From Pseudomonas aeruginosa (GTDB lineage: Bacteria > Pseudomonadota > Gammaproteobacteria > Pseudomonadales > Pseudomonadaceae): a stretch of 32,000 nucleotides of DNA. A model generated the notes under the pieces. The model saw nothing but the letters and a program-made list of their open reading frames with translations, was not told the DNA's origin and made no database searches. Shown here piece by piece: positions 25,590 to 31,811 of this stretch. Each line of letters opens with the position of its first letter. The first letter of the stretch is position 1. The translations under genes and the position numbers were made by a program. Location: positions 2,910,001 to 2,942,000 of the forward strand of contig NZ_LN831024.1 of assembly GCF_001457615.1 (NCBI RefSeq), read 5' to 3'.

Positions 25590-25636
25590 CGGCCCCATTC
25601 GCACCTACCCCCGCTTCGCCTACAGGAGTTACCGCC

Positions 25637-26140
25637 ATGATGAATGCCATGCAGATGCCGATGAACATGAATGCCGCCATACCGATGATGCCCATGATGG
25701 GCATGCCGATGATGATGGCGACCATGCAGTGCGAAACGATGGACGACGGCATGCTGTGCAAGATGATGCCGGCGATGGGTATGGACATGGGCCAGTTCCG
25801 CAACAGCGCCGAGATGATGGCGATGATGATGAACTGCGGCATGCCCATGATGATGCAGTGCGGCAACCTGGCGATGATGGGCATGTCCCAGGCCTGCATG
25901 GCGATGATGCCGACGATGGGCATGGGGATGGGCATGCCGATGATGGGCATGGCTCCGATGAAGTGCATGATGGAGTGCTCCATGCAGGGCGACGCCATGC
26001 ACTGCAGGATGATGCCGATGCAGGGCATGGACATGGAGATGTTCAAGAACTGCTGCATGCTGATGGCGAAGATGATGGAGTGCGGCATGCCGATGATGAT
26101 GAGTTGCAACGGCATGCCGATGATGTGCTGCACCTGCTGA
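25637..26140 (+). CDS. Hyper-methionine/cysteine-rich protein of unknown function (167 aa; by hand count about 66 Met and 15 Cys)
   Basis: AGGAG at 25624-25628 lies 8 nt upstream of the ATG at 25637. The product is MMNAMQMPMNMNAAIPMMPMMGMPMMMATMQCETMDDGMLCKMMPAMGMDMGQFRNSAEMMAMMMNCGMPMMMQCGNLAMMGMSQACMAMMPTMGMGMGMPMMGMAPMKCMMECSMQGDAMHCRMMPMQGMDMEMFKNCCMLMAKMMECGMPMMMSCNGMPMMCCTC. Only 7 of about 100 non-ATG codons end in A/T, so the host-typical GC3 bias holds in this frame. The alternative frames would need the disfavoured GAT and CAT codons. A perfect terminator starts 20 nt after the stop. Confidence 0.75.
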   Translation: MMNAMQMPMNMNAAIPMMPMMGMPMMMATMQCETMDDGMLCKMMPAMGMDMGQFRNSAEMMAMMMNCGMPMMMQCGNLAMMGMSQACMAMMPTMGMGMGMPMMGMAPMKCMMECSMQGDAMHCRMMPMQGMDMEMFKNCCMLMAKMMECGMPMMMSCNGMPMMCCTC

Positions 26141-26159
26141 TCCGTCGCCGGATGGAAAA

Positions 26160-26186
26160 GGCCCGCCCGGGATGACCGGGCGGGCC
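26160..26186. terminator. Bidirectional rho-independent terminator between convergent genes
   Basis: GGCCCGCCCGG (26160-26170), loop GATGA, then CCGGGCGGGCC (26176-26186). This is an 11-bp perfect GC stem. It is flanked by AAAA on the left and TTTCTT on the right, so each strand sees a stem followed by a U-rich tail. Confidence 0.8.
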
Positions 26187-26215
26187 TTTCTTCGTCCATG
26201 GCAGCAGGGCCGGGG

Positions 26216-26848
26216 TCAGTCCAGGCGCTCCGGGTAGGTCATCACCAGGTACGCCAGGGCTTCGCTATCGGCGGGGTTGCGGTAGCTGTGCGGCTGGTCG
26301 GCGTAGAACAGGATCGAGTCGCCGGTGGCGAGCAGGAAACGCTCTTCGTTGACCCGCACTTCCAGTACCCCCTGCGCCACCACCAGGTTCTCCTGGGTGC
26401 CGGGGGCGTGGGCCTCGGCGTCTTCCTGGCCGAGGCCGCGCAGGCGCAGTTCGTAGAACTCCACCTGGCGCGCCACATCGAAGGGGAACAGCGCGCGGCT
26501 GGTGAAGGCGCCGTCGGCGCTGACCAGGCGCTTGCTCTGTTGCGCCGGCAGCACGGCGACGCCGGCGAAGGCGCGATCGTCGAGGAAGGCTGCCACCGAC
26601 ACCTTGAGACCCTGGGCGATCTTGCACAGCACCTTGATCGACGGCACGCTGCGCCCGGACTCGATCTGCGCCAGCATCGCCCGGCTGACACCGGAAATCC
26701 GCGCCAGGGCGTCCAGCGAGAGATTGCGCTTGCCGCGCAGGCGCAGCAGGTTGTGGGCGACGCGCTGGCCAATCAGATCATCGGGTTCGGTATGCACGCC
26801 GGCGGCCAGTTCCAGGTGGGCAACGCCATCGCTGGCGGGCAGGTTCAT
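26216..26848 (-). CDS. XRE-family HTH plus cupin-domain transcriptional regulator
   Basis: 210-aa ORF. The HTH_3 region is IGQRVAHNLLRLRGKRNLSLDALARISGVSRAMLAQIESGRSVPSIKVLCKIAQGLKVSVAAFL. The C-terminal cupin contains ...HAPGTQENLVVAQGVLEVRVNEERFLLATGDSILFYADQPHSYRN. Confidence 0.9.
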   Translation of the reverse strand: MNLPASDGVAHLELAAGVHTEPDDLIGQRVAHNLLRLRGKRNLSLDALARISGVSRAMLAQIESGRSVPSIKVLCKIAQGLKVSVAAFLDDRAFAGVAVLPAQQSKRLVSADGAFTSRALFPFDVARQVEFYELRLRGLGQEDAEAHAPGTQENLVVAQGVLEVRVNEERFLLATGDSILFYADQPHSYRNPADSEALAYLVMTYPERLD

Positions 26849-26851
26849 CGG

Positions 26852-27010
26852 TCAGGCCCGGCGGCTGCGCTCGTCGTGCCTGGCTGGCGGTTGCGGCACG
26901 GCGTAGCCGGCCCGCCAGGCGTACACCGCCCACATCATTTCGCCCAGGCGGCGTGCCTGGCGGCGCGAGCGGTAGCGGGCGAAATCGATGACGTTGTCGG
27001 TGCGGTCCAT
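26852..27010 (-). CDS. 52-aa basic small protein, translationally coupled to the XRE-cupin regulator
   Basis: The product is MDRTDNVIDFARYRSRRQARRLGEMMWAVYAWRAGYAVPQPPARHDERSRRA. GAGGA lies 7 nt upstream of the ATG at 27010. About 90% of codons end in G/C. Its stop TGA lies 3 nt before the regulator ATG (TGAccgATG). The ORF-track start at 27073 has no SD and lies in the AT-rich island. Confidence 0.5.
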   Translation of the reverse strand: MDRTDNVIDFARYRSRRQARRLGEMMWAVYAWRAGYAVPQPPARHDERSRRA

Positions 27011-27070
27011 GAGGCATTCCTCGGGCGGCGGGTTCGATGGCAGCCAGACTATCCCTTCGCCGCTTAGAGC

Positions 27071-27198
27071 CATAAATACTAAGTTTTTATTTATTAATTC
27101 ACTTTTGTGCTTACAAGGAACGCCGAACCGTACGGAGCAGCATATTTATATTCTTTAAAGATATTTAAATTAATTTTCTTATTCCAATAAATTAAAGA
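27071..27198. promoter_or_regulatory. Strongly AT-rich divergent promoter island
   Basis: About 130 bp of AT-dominated sequence in a GC-rich genome (cataaatactaagtttttatttattaattcacttttgtgc ... catatttatattctttaaagatatttaaattaattttcttattccaataaattaaag). It contains the near-palindrome TTTAAAGATATTTAAA (27154-27169, 14/16 symmetric). It separates the small-ORF/regulator operon from the tauD-like operon. Confidence 0.5.
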
Positions 27199-27299
27199 CT
27201 CTCGCGTACCTGCCGACCAATCGGCGCGCCGCACCGAATCCATGCCGCCTTGCGCGGTATCTCGTGCCTGGCGTGTCCGGGCTTGCGTGGGAGTCAGCG

Positions 27300-28187
27300 A
27301 TGTCCGTTTCCCTTCCGGCGCCAGCGCGCGCCGACGTTCCTTTGCAGATCCGTGCCCTCGATGCCGCATTCGGCGCCGAGGTGCTCGGCCTCGACCTCGG
27401 GTTGCCCCTGGCCGCCGAGGACTTCCGCCGTATCCACCGGGCGCACCTGGACCACCATGTGCTGGTGTTCCGCGAGCAGCGCATCACCCCGGCGCAGCAG
27501 ATCGCCTTCAGCCGGCGCTTCGGTGAGTTGCAGATCCATGTGCTGAAGCAGTTCCTGCTCCCAGGGCATCCGGAGATCCTCATCGTTTCCAACATCGTCG
27601 AGAACGGCCAGCCCATCGGTCTCGGCGATGCCGGCAAGTTCTGGCACTCCGACCTTTCCTATAAGGAGCTGCCGAGCCTCGGCTCGATGCTGCATGCCCA
27701 GGAGCTGCCGGAGGAGGGCGGCGATACTCTGTTCGCCGACATGCACAAGGCCTGGGACAGCCTGCCGGAAGCCCTGCGCAAGGCCATCGAGGGACGCACG
27801 GCGGCGCATTCCTATACCGCCCGCTACAGCGAACCGCGCTTCGAGGGCAACTGGCGGCCGACCCTGAGCGCCGCCCAGCTCGCCGAGGTGCGCGAAGTGG
27901 TCCATCCGATCGTGCGCACCCACCCGGAAAGTGGGCGCAAGGGGCTGTTCGTCAGCGAAGGTTTCACCACCCGCATCGTCGGCCTGCCGGCCGACGAGAG
28001 CGCCCAACTGCTCGCCGAGCTGTATGCGCACAGCGTGCGCCCCGAGCACATCTACCGGCATCGCTGGCAGGCGCATGACCTGGTGTTCTGGGACAACCGC
28101 TCGCTGATCCATCTCGCCGGCGGTTGCCCGGCCCACCTGCGGCGCAAGCTCTACCGCACCACCATCCAGGGCGACGCGCCGTTCTGA
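27300..28187 (+). CDS. TauD/TfdA-family Fe(II)/2-oxoglutarate-dependent dioxygenase
   Basis: The ATG at 27300 follows GGGAG (27289-93). The sequence begins MSVSLPAPARADVPLQIRALDAAFGAEVLGLDL. The iron-binding H-x-D appears in KFWHSDLSY, followed by ...GGDTLFADM... and a C-terminal ...WDNRSLIHLA..., all typical of TauD-like enzymes. The ORF-track GTG at 27264 is less likely. Confidence 0.9.
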   Translation: MSVSLPAPARADVPLQIRALDAAFGAEVLGLDLGLPLAAEDFRRIHRAHLDHHVLVFREQRITPAQQIAFSRRFGELQIHVLKQFLLPGHPEILIVSNIVENGQPIGLGDAGKFWHSDLSYKELPSLGSMLHAQELPEEGGDTLFADMHKAWDSLPEALRKAIEGRTAAHSYTARYSEPRFEGNWRPTLSAAQLAEVREVVHPIVRTHPESGRKGLFVSEGFTTRIVGLPADESAQLLAELYAHSVRPEHIYRHRWQAHDLVFWDNRSLIHLAGGCPAHLRRKLYRTTIQGDAPF

Positions 28188-28227
28188 CGACGGCACGCGC
28201 TTCCCCCTTTTCGCCAGGAGCGTTTCC

Positions 28228-29250
28228 ATGAACCGCATTCCCCGTTTCACCCGCCTGGTCGCCGCGCTCGGCCTGGGCCTGAGCCTCGCCACCACGCTGC
28301 TGGCCAGCCGGCCGGCGCAGGCCGAGGGCGAGATCCGCATCGCCGAGCAGTTCGGCATCGTCTACCTGCTGCTCAACGTGGTCCGCGACCAGCGCCTGAT
28401 CGAAAAGCACGGCCAGGCCGAGGGCCTGCAAATCAAGGTCGACTGGACCCAACTGTCCGGCGGCGCGGCGGTCAACGATGCGCTGCTGTCCGGGGCGATC
28501 GATATCGCCGGTGCCGGCGTCGGTCCGCTGCTGACCATCTGGGACCGTACCCGCGGGCGCCAGAACGTCAAGGCGGTGGCTTCGCTGGGCAACTTCCCCT
28601 ACTACCTGCTGAGCAACGACCCGCGGGTCAGGAGCATCGCCGACTTCGGCGCCGGGGATCGCATCGCCGTGCCGGCGGTGGGGGTTTCGGTGCAGTCGCG
28701 CTTCCTCCAGTACGCCGCGGCGAAGCAGTGGGGCGACAAGCAGTTCGACCGCCTCGACAAGTACACCGTGGCGCTGCCGCATCCGGACGCCACCGCCGCG
28801 CTGGTGGCCGGCGGCACCGAGCTGACCGGGCATTTCTCCAACCCGCCGTTCCAGGACCAGGCGCTGGCCAACCCGAAGGTCCACGTGGTGCTCGACAGCT
28901 ACGAGCTGCTGGGGCCGAATTCGCCGACCGTGCTGTTCGCCACGGAGAAGTTCCGCCAGGACAACCCGAAGACCTACCGGGCCTTCGTCGAGGCGCTGAA
29001 GGAAGCGGCGGCCTTCGCCCAGAACGACAAGGCGGCCGCCGCCGATACCTATATCCGGGTGACCGGGGCGAAGATCGACCGAGCCGCGCTGCTGAAGATC
29101 ATCGCCAATCCGCAGGTGGAGTTCAGCGTCACGCCGAAGAACACCTATCCGCTGGCGGAGTTTCTCTACCGGGTCGGTGCGATCCGCAACAAGCCGGCCT
29201 CCTGGCAGGACTATTTCTTCCAGGACGGCGCGCCGTTGCAGGGGAGTTGA
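28228..29250 (+). CDS. Periplasmic substrate-binding protein (NitT/TauT, SsuA/TauA-like) with a Sec signal peptide
   Basis: 340-aa ORF. The signal peptide is MNRIPRFTRLVAALGLGLSLATTLLASRPAQAEG. The protein contains no Cys and no Met other than Met1. Confidence 0.9.
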   Translation: MNRIPRFTRLVAALGLGLSLATTLLASRPAQAEGEIRIAEQFGIVYLLLNVVRDQRLIEKHGQAEGLQIKVDWTQLSGGAAVNDALLSGAIDIAGAGVGPLLTIWDRTRGRQNVKAVASLGNFPYYLLSNDPRVRSIADFGAGDRIAVPAVGVSVQSRFLQYAAAKQWGDKQFDRLDKYTVALPHPDATAALVAGGTELTGHFSNPPFQDQALANPKVHVVLDSYELLGPNSPTVLFATEKFRQDNPKTYRAFVEALKEAAAFAQNDKAAAADTYIRVTGAKIDRAALLKIIANPQVEFSVTPKNTYPLAEFLYRVGAIRNKPASWQDYFFQDGAPLQGS

Positions 29251-29257
29251 GACGCCG

Positions 29258-30106
29258 ATGAACGCCGCCTCCCGCCAACCTTCCACGCTCCCCGCCGACG
29301 CCCTGCTGGCGGTGGACGGAGTCAGCCTCGAATACCGCACCCGCTCGCGCGTGGTGCGGGCCACCCAGCGGGTCAGCTTCGAAGTCGACCCGGCCGATCG
29401 CTTCGTCCTGCTCGGCCCGTCCGGTTGCGGCAAGTCGACCCTGCTCAAGGCGGTGGCCGGCTTCATCACGCCCAGCGAGGGCGAGATCCGCCTTCAGGGA
29501 CAGGCGGTCAGGGCGCCCGGCCCCGACCGTATCGTGGTGTTCCAGGAGTTCGACCAGTTGCCGCCATGGAAGACCGTACGGCAGAACGTGCTGTTCCCCT
29601 TGCGGGTGTCCGGCCAGGTGACGCGCGACGAGGCCGAGCGACGCGCCGACGAATGCCTCGAGAAGGTCGGCCTGGCGGGCTTCGCCGAGGCCTACCCGCA
29701 CACGCTGTCCGGGGGCATGAAGGCGCGGGTGGCGATCGCCCGGGCGCTGGCGATGCAGCCGAAGATCCTGCTGATGGACGAGCCGTTCGCCGCGCTGGAC
29801 GCGCTGACCCGGCGAAAGATGCAGGAAGAACTGCTGCGCCTGTGGGAAGAGGTGCGTTTCACCCTGCTGTTCGTCACCCACTCCATCGAGGAGGCGTTGG
29901 TGGTGGGCAACCGCATCCTGCTGCTCTCGCCGCACCCGGGGCGGGTCCGGGCCGAAGTGCACGGCCACCCGTTCGGGCTGCACAGCCTTGGCGGCGAGCC
30001 GCTGCAAGCCGCGGCGCGACGCATCCACCGCTTGCTGTTCGACGAGGGCGGCGAACCGACGGCGGCCGCGACCCTCGACTTCGCCGATATCCGGCTGGCC
30101 CATTGA
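29258..30106 (+). CDS. ABC transporter ATP-binding protein (SsuB/TauB-like)
   Basis: The sequence starts MNAASRQPSTLPADALLAVDGVSLEY. It carries Walker A GPSGCGKST, signature LSGGMKARV and Walker B ILLMDEPFAALD. The start lies 8 nt after the upstream stop. Confidence 0.9.
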   Translation: MNAASRQPSTLPADALLAVDGVSLEYRTRSRVVRATQRVSFEVDPADRFVLLGPSGCGKSTLLKAVAGFITPSEGEIRLQGQAVRAPGPDRIVVFQEFDQLPPWKTVRQNVLFPLRVSGQVTRDEAERRADECLEKVGLAGFAEAYPHTLSGGMKARVAIARALAMQPKILLMDEPFAALDALTRRKMQEELLRLWEEVRFTLLFVTHSIEEALVVGNRILLLSPHPGRVRAEVHGHPFGLHSLGGEPLQAAARRIHRLLFDEGGEPTAAATLDFADIRLAH

Positions 30107-30122
30107 GCAGAGGAATCGATCG

Positions 30123-30989
30123 ATGAGTCGAGTCACGCGCGTTCGCGAAGAATACGAAGTCCAGCTCGAACCCCTGCTGGAGGTCTCCCTGGAGCGGCGC
30201 CTGCCCCTGAGCCAGCGTCTCTGGCAACAGGGCTGGCTGCGCAAGGGGCTGATCCTGGCGCTGCTGGCGCTGGCCTGGGAGCTGGCGGCGCGGGTCCAGG
30301 GCAACGACCTGCTGCTGCCAGGCTTCCTGCAGACGGCCAGGGCCCTCGGCGAGGGCCTGGCCAGCGGCGAACTGCCGGCCAAGGCGGGGATCTCCCTGCT
30401 GGTGCTGTTCAAGGGCTACCTGCTGGGGATCGTCCTGGCCTTCGTTCTGACCAGCCTGGCGGTCTCCACGCAGTTGGGCCGCGACCTGCTCGGGACCCTC
30501 ACGGCGATGTTCAACCCGCTGCCGGCGATCGCGCTGCTGCCGCTGGCGCTGCTCTGGTTCGGCCTGGGCCAGAACAGCCTGATCTTCGTGCTGGTGCATT
30601 CGGTGCTCTGGGCGCTGGCGCTGAACACCTATGCCGGTTTCCTCGGTGTCTCGGAGACCCTGCGTATGGCAGGGCGCAACTACGGCCTGCGTGGCCTGCG
30701 CTTCGTCCTCCTGATCCTGGTGCCGGCGGCGCTGCCGTCGATTCTCGCCGGGCTGAAGATCGGCTGGGCCTTCGCCTGGCGCACGCTGATCGCCGCGGAA
30801 CTGGTGTTCGGCGCGAGCAGCGGCAAGGGCGGGCTCGGCTGGTACATTTTCCAGAACCGCAACGAGCTGTACACCGACAAGGTATTCGCCGGCCTGGCCG
30901 TGGTGGTGCTGATCGGCCTGCTGGTGGAGAACCTGGTGTTCGGCAGCATCGAGCGCCTCACGGTGAAGCGCTGGGGAGTGCAACGCTAG
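30123..30989 (+). CDS. ABC transporter permease (SsuC/TauC-like)
   Basis: The ATG at 30123 follows AGAGGAA. The product is 288 aa and multi-pass hydrophobic (…AIALLPLALLWFGLGQNSLIFVLVHSVLWALALNT…). The ORF-track version from 29988 overlaps the ATPase gene. Confidence 0.9.
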   Translation: MSRVTRVREEYEVQLEPLLEVSLERRLPLSQRLWQQGWLRKGLILALLALAWELAARVQGNDLLLPGFLQTARALGEGLASGELPAKAGISLLVLFKGYLLGIVLAFVLTSLAVSTQLGRDLLGTLTAMFNPLPAIALLPLALLWFGLGQNSLIFVLVHSVLWALALNTYAGFLGVSETLRMAGRNYGLRGLRFVLLILVPAALPSILAGLKIGWAFAWRTLIAAELVFGASSGKGGLGWYIFQNRNELYTDKVFAGLAVVVLIGLLVENLVFGSIERLTVKRWGVQR

Positions 30990-31089
30990 GGCGGCGGACG
31001 GGTGGAGTGTTACGGCAACTTTCTCGGCAACTGTTGCGCTGGCGCGGCGGCAAAGCGGAGTAACGTCTTGCCCGCACCCACTTCAAAGG

Positions 31090-31716
31090 ATGGAACGAAT
31101 GTCGCTCTCCGTGGATCTGCTGCTGGCGTTCTCCCTGTTCGCCTTCGTCACCTCCGTCACGCCCGGTCCGAACAACACCATGTTGCTGGCCTCGGGGGTC
31201 AACTTCGGTTTCGTCCGCTCCATCCCGCACATCCTCGGGATCAGTTGCGGCTTCTTCATCATGGTGATGGCGGTGGGCTTCGGCCTGGGCACGGTGTTCG
31301 AGGCCTATCCGGTGCTGTACACCATCCTGCGCTACGTCGGCGCGGCCTACCTGCTGTACCTGGCCTGGAAGATCGCCACGTCCGGCCCGGCCGGCAACGA
31401 CCCGGAGGGACGTGGCAAGCCGTTGAGCTACTGGGGCGCGGCGGCGTTCCAGTGGGTCAACCCGAAGGCCTGGGTGATGGCGGTCGGCGCCATAAGCACC
31501 TATACGCCGTTGCAGGGCTACTTCACCAACGTGGTGGTGATCTCGACGGTATTTGCCCTGATCAACGCGCCGACCATCGGAATCTGGGCCGGTTTCGGCA
31601 GCATGCTGCGCAACGTGCTGCGCGATCCGCGCTGGCTGAGGGTGTTCAACGTAGGGATGGCGCTGCTGTTGGTCGCGTCGCTGTACCCGATCCTCGCGGA
31701 AAGCCATTCGGCCTGA
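31090..31716 (+). CDS. ambA: LysE/RhtB-family amino-acid exporter
   Basis: 208-aa ORF. The N-terminus MERMSLSVDLLLAFSLFAFVTSVTPGPNNTMLLASGVNFG is the LysE-family signature region. The symbol comes from recalled synteny only: in P. aeruginosa the LysE-type ambA precedes ambBCDE and lies next to this tauD-ABC operon. Confidence 0.8.
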   Translation: MERMSLSVDLLLAFSLFAFVTSVTPGPNNTMLLASGVNFGFVRSIPHILGISCGFFIMVMAVGFGLGTVFEAYPVLYTILRYVGAAYLLYLAWKIATSGPAGNDPEGRGKPLSYWGAAAFQWVNPKAWVMAVGAISTYTPLQGYFTNVVVISTVFALINAPTIGIWAGFGSMLRNVLRDPRWLRVFNVGMALLLVASLYPILAESHSA

Positions 31717-31811
31717 CCTGTCACCACCCTATCAATTGTATTAGCTCGTAACTCGTCGCCATTTCGTGAAGAGTTTTTCGCTCGGTGCCCAGCCTCGGAA
31801 GGGGGAGAGCG

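Noticed and set aside
25637-25735. The idea that the Met-rich N-terminus (MMNAMQMPMNMNAAIPMMPMMGMPMMMATMQC) is a signal peptide or lipoprotein signal.
   Set aside because: It has no positively charged n-region, no clear AxA site and no lipobox (L-A/S-G/A-C) before Cys32. Localisation is left undecided and not called.
25637-26140. The idea that the Met-rich ORF is a giant attenuation-type leader that senses Met-tRNA charging.
   Set aside because: No gene lies downstream in the same orientation. The ORF is followed directly by a strong terminator and a convergent gene, so there is nothing to attenuate.
25519-26199. Three long alternative ORFs overlap the Met-rich gene. One is an Asp/His-rich + frame (25528..26175). 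One is a His-rich minus frame (25583..26002). One is an Ile/Met/Pro-rich minus frame (25519..26199). Each would also be a remarkable metal-binding-looking protein.
   Set aside because: They are frame and strand shadows of the ATG periodicity: ATG read shifted gives GAT or TGA-free runs, and the reverse complement CAT reads as His. They would rely almost entirely on GAT and CAT codons, which this GC3-biased genome avoids. They lack a good SD. Two of them run straight through the terminator hairpin. Only the Met frame combines an SD, GC3 bias and a stop placed just before the terminator.
27241-27299. A sigma54-like element (CTGGCGTGTCCGGGCTTGCG) upstream of the tauD-like gene.
   Set aside because: The GG to GC spacing is 9 or 13 nt and not the required 10, so it does not fit the -24/-12 architecture.
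5784-30989. N-terminally extended versions of several genes in the ORF track, with starts at 5784, 6358, 6873, 8284, 10290, 18634, 18655, 20769, 23565, 27073, 27264, 29177 and 29988.
   Set aside because: The extensions overlap upstream genes or promoters, lack SD sequences and add low-complexity residues. Internal ATGs with SDs, and family-typical N-termini, were preferred.
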